DNA of 33,593 bases from Candidatus Cloacimonadota bacterium (GTDB lineage Bacteria > Cloacimonadota > Cloacimonadia > Cloacimonadales > WRIO01): NCBI GenBank assembly GCA_029564175.1, contig JAKQQL010000251.1:1-33593 (forward strand), written 5' to 3'. The translations under genes and the position numbers were made by a program. A model generated the notes under the pieces. The model made no database searches and was not told the DNA's origin. It was given only the letters and a program-made list of their open reading frames with translations. The stretch's first letter is position 1, and the number at the start of each line of letters is the position of its first letter. This document shows positions 17,814-28,200 of the stretch, one piece after another.

Positions 17814-20180
17814 ATGAACGACAGAATACAACAACTCAGAAAACAATCCGTAGAAGCCATCCCCTACATTTCAGAAGAAAGAGCACTTTTGATGACTGAG
17901 TTTTATCAGCATCATGCTGATTTTTCAGATGCGATACCGATTCAGCGTGCCAAAGCCTTTGATTATTTACTAAAACACAAAGCGCTTTGTATCAATGATT
18001 TAGAATTAATTATCGGTGAAAGAGGTTGTCAGCCGAAAGCCACCCCTACCTATCCTGAACTGTGTACTCATTCTGAGCAGGATTTACATATCCTCCATCA
18101 TCGTGAAAAAATTGCATTTAAAGTCTCTGAAAAGACAAAAGATATCTTATTAAATCAGGTAAAACCATTTTGGTCAGGCAAATCCATTCGTGATAAAATA
18201 TTCGCTCAATTGCCTCAGGAATGGAAAAAGGCTTATGCAGCCGGCATCTTTACAGAGTTTATGGAACAGCGTGCGCCTGGGCATACTGTTGCTGATGACA
18301 AACTCTATCGTTATGGGATGAAAGACTTTATTCAGCAGATTGACAGTCGTCTCAATGATAATAATATACTCAAGCAGGAACAAATCGATCAACTTCAGGC
18401 CATGAAAATCTCAGCACAGGCTTTAATCAATTTTGCAAAAAGACATGCCGAAGCCTTGAAAACGATGGTACAGACTGAAACAAAAGAAAGTCGCCGTCAT
18501 GAACTGCTCAAAATGGCTGAAATCTGTCAGAAAGTACCAGAGAATGCGCCTCAGACTTTCCATGAAGCTTTGCAGTATTATTGGTTTGTACATTTAGGAG
18601 TCATTACCGAACTCAATACATGGGATTCTTTTAATCCAGGTCGTCTGGATCAGCATTTATTCCCTTTTTATCAAAAGGAAACTGATGAAGGTTCTCTCAA
18701 TGAAGCACAGGCAAAAGAACTACTGATGGCTTTTTGGATAAAATTTAACAATCAGCCAGCGCCTCCAAAGGTTGGAGTTACGGCTCAGGAATCCAATACC
18801 TATACAGACTTTTGTCTGATCAATGTCGGAGGCTTGGACAAAGAGGGTAATGATGCCTGTAACCCACTTACCTTTATGATTTTGGATGTCATAGAAGAAA
18901 TGAGACTTTTACAACCGAGTTCAATGGTACAGATAAGTCATAAAAACCCAAATGAGATGATTAAGCGCGCTTTAAAAATCATCAAAACCGGCTTTGGTCA
19001 ACCATCTTTGTTCAATACCGATGCCATTATCGAAGAGATGCTCAGACAAGGTAAAGATATAGTTGATGCCCGTTTAGGCGGTGCATCCGGTTGTGTGGAA
19101 ACAGGCGCTTTTGGTAAAGAAGCCTATATCTTGACCGGATATTTCAATTTGCCCAAAATGCTGGAGCTGGCATTAAATAACGGTTATGATCATAAAACGA
19201 AGCAACAGTTGGGTCCTCAAACCGGTACCGCAGATTCATTTACAACTTATGAAGCACTCTTTACCGCTTTTAAATTACAACTCAATCATTTTATCGAAAT
19301 CAAAATACAGGGCAATCTGCTGATAGAATCACTCTATGCCCAGTATCTGCCTGCACCTTTTATGTCTCTGCTGATTGATGACTGTATTCAAAAAGGCAAA
19401 GATTACAATAATGGAGGCGCTAGATATAATTCCTCCTATATACAGGGAGTTGGTACAGGAACACTGACAGATTCTCTGTCGGCTATAAAATATCATGTCT
19501 TTGAATGTAAAAAAATCAATCACTCAGCGTCATTAAGTCTGTCTGAACTCAATCAGGCCTTGCTTCATAATTTTGAAAATCAGGAAAGTCTCAGACAAAA
19601 TTTACTGGTCAATACCCCAAGATATGGCAATGATGAAGACTATGCAGATGTCATTATGCAGGAAATCTTCAACAGTTTCTTTGAAGCGGTAGATGGTAAA
19701 GCAAACTATAAAGGTGGCCATTTCAGAATCAACATGCTGCCAACTACCTGTCATGTCTATTTCGGGTCAGTTCTGCATGCCACAGCAGATGGCAGAATGG
19801 CTTACACCCCTATTTCAGAAGGCATCTCACCGGTTCAGGGAACTGATGTCAACGGGCCTACTGCCGTGATTAAATCAGCTGCAAAGATGAATCATATCAA
19901 AACAGGCGGCACCCTTCTCAATCAGAAATTTACACCTGATGTACTGGCAGATGATGCCGGTATCGAAAAGGTCATGTATCTTGTGCGTTCTTATTTTAAA
20001 ATGATGGGACATCATATTCAGTTTAATGTTGTCGATGCAGAAACACTACGACTGGCAAAAGAAAATCCTCAGGATTACCGTGATCTGATTGTCCGGGTAG
20101 CCGGTTACAGTGATTATTTTGTCGATTTGACTGAAGCATTGCAGGATGAAATCATCCTCAGAACTGGCCAAACAATATAA
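17814..20180 (+). CDS. hypD: Glycyl-radical enzyme, trans-4-hydroxy-L-proline dehydratase
   Basis: Gly loop RVAGYS; Cys loop SGCVE; HypD-type motifs EFMEQRAPGHTV, ELNTWDSF, PAPPKVG...ES.TYTDF, LTGY.N, MLPTTCH, matching the C. difficile HypD active-site motifs as I recall them. Confidence 0.9.
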   Translation: MNDRIQQLRKQSVEAIPYISEERALLMTEFYQHHADFSDAIPIQRAKAFDYLLKHKALCINDLELIIGERGCQPKATPTYPELCTHSEQDLHILHHREKIAFKVSEKTKDILLNQVKPFWSGKSIRDKIFAQLPQEWKKAYAAGIFTEFMEQRAPGHTVADDKLYRYGMKDFIQQIDSRLNDNNILKQEQIDQLQAMKISAQALINFAKRHAEALKTMVQTETKESRRHELLKMAEICQKVPENAPQTFHEALQYYWFVHLGVITELNTWDSFNPGRLDQHLFPFYQKETDEGSLNEAQAKELLMAFWIKFNNQPAPPKVGVTAQESNTYTDFCLINVGGLDKEGNDACNPLTFMILDVIEEMRLLQPSSMVQISHKNPNEMIKRALKIIKTGFGQPSLFNTDAIIEEMLRQGKDIVDARLGGASGCVETGAFGKEAYILTGYFNLPKMLELALNNGYDHKTKQQLGPQTGTADSFTTYEALFTAFKLQLNHFIEIKIQGNLLIESLYAQYLPAPFMSLLIDDCIQKGKDYNNGGARYNSSYIQGVGTGTLTDSLSAIKYHVFECKKINHSASLSLSELNQALLHNFENQESLRQNLLVNTPRYGNDEDYADVIMQEIFNSFFEAVDGKANYKGGHFRINMLPTTCHVYFGSVLHATADGRMAYTPISEGISPVQGTDVNGPTAVIKSAAKMNHIKTGGTLLNQKFTPDVLADDAGIEKVMYLVRSYFKMMGHHIQFNVVDAETLRLAKENPQDYRDLIVRVAGYSDYFVDLTEALQDEIILRTGQTI

Positions 20181-20351
20181 AGGTGAGAAGAATAAGGGAT
20201 TTAAGAAACTCCACACTGGGTGACTAATTCGTATCTCACCATTTATCATGCGGTTTTACCATTGGATGAGATTCGGTCATTCCTAGGGAATATTGCTTAT
20301 TGCACATACTCTGGAGGACTGTCCCTTTGGATGGGGTAATAAGTTCGCTTA

Positions 20352-20462
20352 GTTGTAGCGCAAGCAACCTGCTTGCGAATGTAAATTTTTGATGTTGAAG
20401 CGCAAGCAACCTGCTTGCCTAAGTTAATCTCATTTTCGCAAACTGGTAGTTTGCGCTACAAC
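20352..20462. repeat. REPIN-like cluster: two forward and one inverted GTAG-REP hairpins between convergent genes
   Basis: gttGTAGcgcaagcaacctgcttgcg (20352-20377), gttGAAGcgcaagcaacctgcttgcc (20394-20419), cgcaaactggtagtttgcgCTACaac (20437-20462). Confidence 0.9.
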
Positions 20463-20518
20463 AAATCAATTCCACTCCTATTTTAACCCTGGTTTTATCA
20501 AATAATTTTTAATGTATC

Positions 20519-20552
20519 AAAATGTACAGACACCGTAAATGAGCGTCTGTAC
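20519..20552 (-). terminator. Possible intrinsic terminator of the minus-strand GLUG gene
   Basis: GTACAGAC (20524-20531)/GTCTGTAC (20545-20552) stem, followed by ATTTT on the minus strand, 15 bp past the stop codon. Confidence 0.4.
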
Positions 20553-20567
20553 CAGTTTATGTTCGAT

Positions 20568-22271
20568 CTATTTTAAAATCATCAGTTTATACATAAAGGC
20601 ATTTTCTGAAGTCAGCAATCTACAGAAATAAACACCTGTCTGACATGCTTTTCCATAGTGATCACATCCATTCCAAGCAATTGAATGTCTCCCTGCCTGA
20701 TAATAACAATCCAGAAGCGTATTTACTTTTTGACCTTTCAGATTATATATTTCCAACTTGATATCATCTGCTTTTTCCAACTCAAAAGCAATATGGGTAT
20801 TTGGGTTAAAAGGATTTGGATAGGCATGTCTGATACAGGTAATCAGTGGAATTACAGGGGGTGTAATCATATTATCATCAGCAGTAGTAATGCAAACCGG
20901 TCCATGAAACTCGATACAGCCATCCAAATCAGCTGACTGCAACCAGTAATAATAGGTAGTCAAAGCCTGTATTTGTTTATCTTCCCATGCATAACTCTGT
21001 TCGGTAGAGGTATTATAAGCCGCTATCATACAATCTGATACTCTATTCGCATCGGTCAGATTATTCTCTGTATGTCGATAGACATGATAGCCAAAAACAT
21101 TGGTTTCTGACTGAGTAACCCAATTGATGGATAGTTTTGAATAAGACAGTGGTACCACTGAAAATGAGGATAAACAGACAGGCAGTGTCTGATCAGCATT
21201 TGCTTTTAATCTCGGATAATTTGTGCCAATCATCTCCCAGGTATTTGTAAAATCCCAGCTTGCGCTGGTAAAAGTTGATGCGGTTTTCATCTCACTGGTA
21301 AGTTTCCCTGTTCCATAAGCAGAGGTGAGCTGTCCAGAAGTCTCTTTATCCCAGAAGCAAGCAGTCGCAGAACCGACCTCCTGTCCTGTCCCTAAATATC
21401 CAATCATACCTCCGATATCAGTTGCATCTGTTCCGGATACAGCTCCGGCAGAATAGGAATATTCTGCATATCCCTTTAAAAATACACAACCTGCCAGTCC
21501 TCCGATTCGGGAAGGAGTTACGCTTCCGATTTTATTGGCTGTTACACTGCCAAGGGCATAACAATTTGTTATATAACCCTTTTGATTACAACCGGCTAAG
21601 CCTCCAAATTTTATATTCTCATTTGCATCAAAAACCCCTGTAAAAGTAACATTGATATTGGCATAGGAATTTACTATTCTGGGGCGGAAACCCGGTGCTT
21701 CGGAGGCATTTGTTTTATAGCTGTTATTAGACCCTATTAGTCCCCCTGATACCGCATTCCCAGTCACAGAACCATTAACAGCAGAGCATTTTTCAGTACG
21801 AGTGTTCAATTGTCCTGTTACACGACCAATCAGTGTCCCGACTCCTCTGGCACCTGCAACAATCACATCTTCCAGATGCACATCTTTGATAGAGCTGGTA
21901 GCGGTGGTATTCCCAAAATGACCAAATAGACCAACATTGTTTGTTGAAGGTCGGTTTATCCTTAAACCTGTAATCTTTTTGCCCTTACCATCATATTTTC
22001 CGATAAAACTATTGCTAATATCACTGCCTATTGGCAACCATAAAGCCCCTGAATTGTAATATGCCCCTCCACTCTGGAAATCAGCTGTTTCAAAAGTAAT
22101 GTCTGCAGTCTGTTCAAAGTACTTATCCTGATTCAAATAATTTCTAATTTCATTCAAATCAGCCTTATTAGCAACCTGCCACGGACTTCCTGAAGTGCCT
22201 GAACCGCCTGAAAATGCCAGTAATCCAGTGAGCATACACCATATCAGTGTACTAAAAGTCATCGCTTTCAT
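20568..22271 (-). CDS. Secreted GLUG-repeat (beta-helix-like) protein with Ig-like domain and FlgD/CTD-type C-terminal domain
   Basis: Probable start 22271 (MKAMTF; ORF track start is 22307); GSGTSGSPWQV N-motif; repeated GGLxG units; TLPVCLSSF linker; YPNPFNP...IYNLKGQKV...WNG.D..G....GVYF. Confidence 0.85.
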   Translation of the reverse strand: MKAMTFSTLIWCMLTGLLAFSGGSGTSGSPWQVANKADLNEIRNYLNQDKYFEQTADITFETADFQSGGAYYNSGALWLPIGSDISNSFIGKYDGKGKKITGLRINRPSTNNVGLFGHFGNTTATSSIKDVHLEDVIVAGARGVGTLIGRVTGQLNTRTEKCSAVNGSVTGNAVSGGLIGSNNSYKTNASEAPGFRPRIVNSYANINVTFTGVFDANENIKFGGLAGCNQKGYITNCYALGSVTANKIGSVTPSRIGGLAGCVFLKGYAEYSYSAGAVSGTDATDIGGMIGYLGTGQEVGSATACFWDKETSGQLTSAYGTGKLTSEMKTASTFTSASWDFTNTWEMIGTNYPRLKANADQTLPVCLSSFSVVPLSYSKLSINWVTQSETNVFGYHVYRHTENNLTDANRVSDCMIAAYNTSTEQSYAWEDKQIQALTTYYYWLQSADLDGCIEFHGPVCITTADDNMITPPVIPLITCIRHAYPNPFNPNTHIAFELEKADDIKLEIYNLKGQKVNTLLDCYYQAGRHSIAWNGCDHYGKACQTGVYFCRLLTSENAFMYKLMILK

Positions 22272-22307
22272 TTTTCCCCCTTTTTTACTCTCCCTTACAA
22301 TGCACAA

Positions 22308-22336
22308 ATTTTACATGTTTTTCTATCGACTGTCAA
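22308..22336 (-). promoter_or_regulatory. Sigma70-type promoter for the minus-strand GLUG gene
   Basis: TTGACA (22336-22331), 17-bp spacer, TAAAAT (22313-22308). Confidence 0.7.
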
Positions 22337-22535
22337 GATTTTTTTCTGATTAGATATAACCTGAGTTTTTAAGAATATTTTGCCACTCTCATTATGATAT
22401 GCTTTATATCTGATATTCTGACGTTATTGCCTCTTTAAACCCTTAAAAAATTACGATCAGATTACGAGTAAATCCATTCAAGTGACTATCTCAATTTTGT
22501 AAAATTCCATTAAAATAACACTTGAATTCTGTTTT

Positions 22536-22568
22536 CTTTCCTTATCCTTTCCTTATCCCTTCCTTATC
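22536..22568. repeat. 11-bp direct repeat x3 (CTTTCCTTATC)
   Basis: Units at 22536, 22547 and 22558 (one mismatch). Confidence 0.8.
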
Positions 22569-22602
22569 AAAAGCGTTCTATATATAAATCATATTTTATC
22601 TA

Positions 22603-22784
22603 CTACTGCAAACACGAATTGTATCTCACGCGGAGGCGCGGAGGCGCGGAGAAAATAAAGAGGCATTCTGATCATTTGATAAATGTAAATTTCCTCGCCT
22701 CTGGAAGGGTGGTACGTTTAATTATGAATTGTGAATGATGAATGATATCCCCTACTGTAAACACGAAATGTATCTCATGCGGAG
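22603..22784. repeat. Composite dispersed repeat (inverted copies of 4447-4601) with GCGCGGAG octamer run and TGAAT heptamer run
   Basis: 22707-22784 is the reverse complement of 4447-4524 (70/78). 22603-22635 is a second partial copy (32/33). (A/G)CGCGGAG x3 at 22628-22651. Confidence 0.9.
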
Positions 22785-22954
22785 GAAATTAGATAGAAGC
22801 GTCAGCCCTGTGTTCTTTGAAAAATTCCGTGTTTTCTGAGCTTTCCGTGGTTGTATAAAAAACTTTTGCCTTTTCTCTTTACTCTCTTGGACTCCACCGT
22901 AAAATACAGGTTTTTAGGCAGTCTCTATTTTTTTCAAAATTTTTTGTAAAAAAC

Positions 22955-22983
22955 TTGACAAGAAACTCTCAAAGTCGTAATTT
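22955..22983 (+). promoter_or_regulatory. Candidate sigma70 promoter for the plus-strand GLUG gene
   Basis: TTGACA at 22955-22960, 17-bp spacer, TAATTT; GAGGAG RBS before ATG 23016. Confidence 0.5.
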
Positions 22984-23015
22984 TTGTAACAATGAATTGA
23001 ATAGAGGAGTTCAAA

Positions 23016-24983
23016 ATGAAAAAGTTGAGCATTGTTGTTTGTTTTATCAGTATTTTTATGGCTATGTTGGCGCATACGTCGATAATACCAACAGGATCGG
23101 GAACACTTAATGATCCCTATTGCATCAGACAATGGGAAAATATTTACTGGATGAGTAATAACAGCAATCAGTGGAATAAGCATAATATTCAGATTGAAGA
23201 TATTACTTTTCCAGGCGACATGTATACATGGGTTAATAATTTTCAGGACATGTACCCTATTGGTAACTATAATACCAAGTTTACTGGCACTTACGATGGT
23301 AATCATCATTGTATCAATAACTATTATATTGATAAATCATACAATTATATCGGTCTCTTTGGATTTATTGAAAATGCGGTAATTAAAAATATCAAAGTGT
23401 TTGGAGCAAATGTTACGGGTATGGATTTTACCGGTCTTTTGATAGGATACAGTACTGCATCCCAAATACAGAACTGCTTTGTTAAAGGCAGTATCAGAGG
23501 AAATGAAGTTGTCGGCGGACTTTGTGGCAAAGCATGGTTGAGTACAATCATTGATTGTTATAGTTCAATCAATATAAATAGTTTAGCTTATTCGGGTGGA
23601 CTTCTGGGGGCATCCTCTGCAAGCGAGATAAATCATTCTTTCAGCTCAGGCATTATCACAAACCCTTATTTTACAGGCGGTTTTATCTCTCATACCAAAC
23701 GAACACTCATCAATCAGTGTGGCAGCAGTGTTCAAATCAATGTTCAGAAGAATAGAGCAGGTGGATTTATTGCCTGCAATACCGATTCCTCGACAATTCT
23801 CAATTCATATTCAAATGGCCTCATTTATGCCAACTATAACAGTTTATCCCCAATTGATCACAATTACAGCATAGCTGGCGGTTTTGTTTCTTTAAACACA
23901 GGTGGATCAAAAATTCAAAATTGTTATACAATGAGCAATCTGCTTGTCCATGCGTCAATCTCAGGCGGGTTTGCATCGGTAAACAATGCCGGATCATTGA
24001 TAGAAAATTGTTATAGTAATTCGAGTATTGTTTATGACTCTGTCGATCGCGATGTAGATATCGTCGCTGCATATTGCGCCAATAATTCTGCAACTATTAA
24101 GCATTGTCTGTCTCTGAGTAAAATCAATTATCTGGAGACGACAGCTCTGGATAATATGGGCTTTGTCGCAACTCAAAATGATTCAGCGGTGTATGTCCAC
24201 AATTATTTTGACATTCAAAAAACCAATCAGATTCATGGGATTGGCGCTGAAGGAAAAAGCAGTGAAGAGTTACAAATTGCAAGTACATATCAAAACTGGG
24301 ATTTTGAGAATATCTGGCAGTTATCGCATTACCTGAATGAAGGCTATGTTTCTTTGAAATGGCAAACATATAATCCTGAAGTACAGATCAGTCAGTTCAG
24401 AGGAGAGTATTCAAATCAGACACCTCCGATCTTACAATGGGATAATCCGTTAGAATACAATGTCTCTGCATATCTGGTTTATCGGACAGCAGAGAATGAA
24501 TTTAGCGATGCCATACTGGTCAATACTCAGCCTGTATATGCATTCAATGATTTCGAATCCCATCACTATATGATCACAGATAACAACAATAATGCAAATC
24601 TTCAGGACTACTACTGGTTGAAAATATGCCGACCTTACGGCACAGATATTGTTTATGGACCAATCAGACTGACTCAGACACTTACAAATGAAGAGAATAC
24701 CCCTCTGGCTCATTTAAATTTATCAAACTATCCTAATCCATTTAATCCGCAAACCAGTATCTCTTTTAACCTGGATTATCCCTCTCATGTCAAACTCGAT
24801 ATCTACAATACAAAAGGACAAAAAGTCAATACACTTCTAAACAACAAACTCAATAAAGGTCAACATAAAATCGTCTGGGACGGCAAAGATTTTGCAGGAA
24901 AGCGCTGTGCTTCAGGTGTATATTTCTGTCAATTTAGTTCAGGAGAAAAGAAATTCAGACGTAAAATGCTGATGATGAAGTAA
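23016..24983 (+). CDS. Secreted GLUG-repeat protein with FlgD/CTD-type C-terminal domain
   Basis: Signal peptide; GSGTLNDPYCI; FTGTYDGN; GLFG; repeated GGL/GGF units; WDFENIW; NYPNPFNPQT...IYNTKGQKV...WDGKD..G...ASGVYF. Confidence 0.88.
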   Translation: MKKLSIVVCFISIFMAMLAHTSIIPTGSGTLNDPYCIRQWENIYWMSNNSNQWNKHNIQIEDITFPGDMYTWVNNFQDMYPIGNYNTKFTGTYDGNHHCINNYYIDKSYNYIGLFGFIENAVIKNIKVFGANVTGMDFTGLLIGYSTASQIQNCFVKGSIRGNEVVGGLCGKAWLSTIIDCYSSININSLAYSGGLLGASSASEINHSFSSGIITNPYFTGGFISHTKRTLINQCGSSVQINVQKNRAGGFIACNTDSSTILNSYSNGLIYANYNSLSPIDHNYSIAGGFVSLNTGGSKIQNCYTMSNLLVHASISGGFASVNNAGSLIENCYSNSSIVYDSVDRDVDIVAAYCANNSATIKHCLSLSKINYLETTALDNMGFVATQNDSAVYVHNYFDIQKTNQIHGIGAEGKSSEELQIASTYQNWDFENIWQLSHYLNEGYVSLKWQTYNPEVQISQFRGEYSNQTPPILQWDNPLEYNVSAYLVYRTAENEFSDAILVNTQPVYAFNDFESHHYMITDNNNNANLQDYYWLKICRPYGTDIVYGPIRLTQTLTNEENTPLAHLNLSNYPNPFNPQTSISFNLDYPSHVKLDIYNTKGQKVNTLLNNKLNKGQHKIVWDGKDFAGKRCASGVYFCQFSSGEKKFRRKMLMMK

Positions 24984-24994
24984 ATTCGCATATT

Positions 24995-25206
24995 AGCGCT
25001 GTTCATCCGCAATTGTAAACGTCTTTCAGCAGGCAGAATCGATTACTCTGCGCTTCCGTGTGAGCACCATTTTATACATGTAGAAGGTTTGTCGTGTGGC
25101 TTATTTCGGATTTACGGCACTTCGCAGGCTCCGTTTCGCAAATCCATACTGACCGTTTTTAAAAATTGCCTGTGCCACAACGGGCAATCGCAAGGCTTGA
25201 CCCAAC
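24995..25206. repeat. Second copy of the 4315-4440 composite palindromic repeat, plus a degenerate REP-like hairpin
   Basis: 23-bp exact match (24995-25017) and a 46-bp hairpin (25106-25151) in the same order as at 4315-4440; gggcaatcgcaaggcttgacccaac (25182-25206) resembles a decayed CTAC-ended REP. Confidence 0.75.
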
Positions 25207-25288
25207 AAAACGCTTACGTCAGTATCATATCGCTTTTTGTCTTGACAAATATTTCATTCATACATTTTATTGTAAAAATGGAGGATTT

Positions 25289-28200
25289 ATGATTATTGAT
25301 TCCCGTTATAAAGTGATTGAAAATCTGGGTTCAGGTCTTTACGCCAATGTATATAAGGTACAGGATATCCGTACCGGAAAAATATATTCCCTGAAGCTGT
25401 TTCATCGGCTGGAAGCCAGTTCTGTCTATGATGAACTCAATGCAGAAGCGATGCATCAGATTACAAAGCTCAGACATCCCAATCTTTTGCATATATACAG
25501 TTTTGGGAATATGGATACCCATATTTACTACCTGGCTGAATATTATCAGGGGAAAACGCTTAAAAACTTTCGCTTTAGCCTCAGCAATTGTCATGTTTTT
25601 TATGATTTAATCGCTCAAATATGCTATGCCCTTGATGCACTTCATAACCAAAATATCCTCCATAAAGATATTAAACCGGAAAATATCATGTATCAGTTAA
25701 CTGGCGATAAAATTCAGGTGAAAGTACTGGATTATGGTTTCAGTAAAATTGATACCGAACGGAATCAGCAAAAAATCAGTGGAACACTCCCCTATATAGC
25801 ACCTGAGACCTACTCAGGGAAAGGCAGTAGTCCCGAAAGCGACTTTTATGCGCTGGGTGTTACTCTCTACTTTATTCTGACAGGAACACTTCCCTTTTCA
25901 CAAGACCAGATCGCAGAGATTATTCATGGTGATCACAAGAATTTCTTTCCTAAATTTATCCGTACTTTCATACCCGATATCCCAATCGAATTAGAAAAGT
26001 TCATTTTAAAACTCATCGAAAAAAAGCCGGAAGACCGTTTCTCAAATTGTCGCTCAATCATCGAATATCTCAATAAAATACCTGGTTTGAATTATCCCTA
26101 TTCACAAAAACAGTCCACGATCAATTTCTTCCAGTTTGGTTCTTATCTGGTTCGTAAAGATTATGCCGAACAATTACGTGATTATCTGGTAAACATGGTT
26201 CACCGTAACGGGAAAATCATTACCTTAATCGGTGGGCAGGGGCTTGGGAAAGGCGATTTGCTGACTCTTTTTAAATATCATATCCTCACCAATCAGTATT
26301 TTATTTTTGATTATACCTGCTCACAGACAAATCGTGATCCTTTCTTTGCTTTAATCAAAGAATTCAGTTCATCTGCTTTAAACAATGAAAGAAAGAACTT
26401 TGAAATCTCAGGCATGAGTGAGCGTTTCCGCCGTTATCTCGAACTCTCAGAAAATGTAGCCAGTAAGTTGAATGAAACAGAAGAAAATCTACTACAGGAT
26501 TATGAGCATTCTCTTCAGTTTTTAAAAAATCTCTCTGAAGAAAGACCTCTGGTTTTTGTTATCAGAGGAGGGCAGTATCTGACTGAGCAAACCATCGGCT
26601 TTTTAAATTATATATCTGAAGAAGTGATACAACTGCCCATTTTGATTGTCATTGCCATCAATGACCCTGGCAAAATCAAATCTCTGAAACATGCTGTCCG
26701 CATTCTGGTAAAGACCCTGACTCTGAATGAAACACACCATTATCTCAATGAAATCTTTAAAACAGATGTCCCTGATTATTTTAGTGATACTCTATGGAAA
26801 AGGTCAAACGGCAACCCTAAATTTATCATCGAAATTATGGTGGATTTGATTAGAAAGAAGAAGTTTCTAACCACTGACAAGCTTGAATTCAATATCAATT
26901 TTGAAGAATACCAGCTTCCTGAAGAGCTTATTCATTCGATTTACAACCGAATGAGCCACCTCTCAGCCACTTCTTACCGTTATCTTCAAAAACTATCCTG
27001 TATCTATACGCCTCTGACTATGGATTTAATCATGGAAATACTCAAAATTTCCAGAAAAACACTCTATAATCTTCTCTCAGATGCTCAAAGCAATGAAATG
27101 CTCTTCAAAGATAAAGGCGTTTATGAATTTAATTTCTCAGAAGCCAAAAACCGGTTTTTCAAAGAATGTACTGAATATGTACGGATTGATATTTCCAAAC
27201 AATTGATTCAATACTATAAAGATAATGATAATTTAGATATATCTGTCATTCAGGGACTCATCAAAAACTGCTCTCTCTGCAAAGATTACCAGTCCCTTGT
27301 TCAGTTTAAACGTAAACTTTTCCAATTGTATCATAATAAATATGATCAAAATAATGCCTTCAGAGAAATCTACGAAATCGTAGAGCTGGATTTTTCTCAA
27401 AAAATGTCAGTAACAGAAACGGAAATTCGTTCAGATATTACCTGGCTCATTGATAAAGCTGACCTGACAGGCTATATTCAGGAAGCACTTGAGCTGATTA
27501 ACACAATCCCGATTAAAGAAGATTTATTTGAAGTCCTGTATGCAAAAGGCACATTTAATACCCGACTCGAAGACTGGGACAAAGCTGAAGAAAACTATGA
27601 AAAAGCCCAACAAATCGCAATAACCGGTAAACAGCAGGCAAGGGTTCTGCTTGATTTCATGTGGTTGCATATTGTCAAAGGCGAAAAAATAAAAGCCCTG
27701 CAAATCATTGGGCAACTAGAAAGATATCAGCTGACCAGTGAGCTGGAAATCACCTTCTATGACCGAAAAGGCATGTATCTCTCCCGATATGAAAACGAAT
27801 ACGAAGCGATTCAGTTCTTAGAAAATATTCTCTTAAAAATCAAACAAGTAACAGACCAGCTGGCATTAAACCGACTGGCTTCTCTGTATAATAATCTTGG
27901 GATTTTATATTCTGGCAAAAAGATGTACTCTGAAACACTCAAATACTTTGAGCAGACGCTCAGTATCTGGGAAAAACTGCATAATCAGCGTTTACTGGGC
28001 ACAATCTACAACAATCTGGGAGACTTCTACCTCAAACAGGGTTATACCCAAAATGCCCTTGATTATTTCAAAAAAGCAAAAGAAGTCAGTGAAAAAATCA
28101 ATAATGCCCGTGGTCTGATTCTAGCCTACCTCAATTTTGGGGAAGCTTATATTAAATTGGGTGACTTTATCAGTGCGGAAGAATTTCTCAATAAAGCCAG

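Noticed and set aside
17814..20180. Pyruvate formate-lyase or choline TMA-lyase
   Set aside because: It has a single-Cys SGCVE loop rather than the PFL CC pair, and the HypD-specific motifs fit better than CutC
20568..24983. Invertible promoter switch between the two divergent GLUG genes
   Set aside because: Each gene has its own outward-facing promoter; the only inverted match between them is the two TTGACA boxes themselves
25166..25288. N-terminal extension of the dual kinase given by the ORF track
   Set aside because: It overlaps a repeat remnant and a TTGACA box; ATG 25289 has a GGAGG RBS and begins right at the kinase domain
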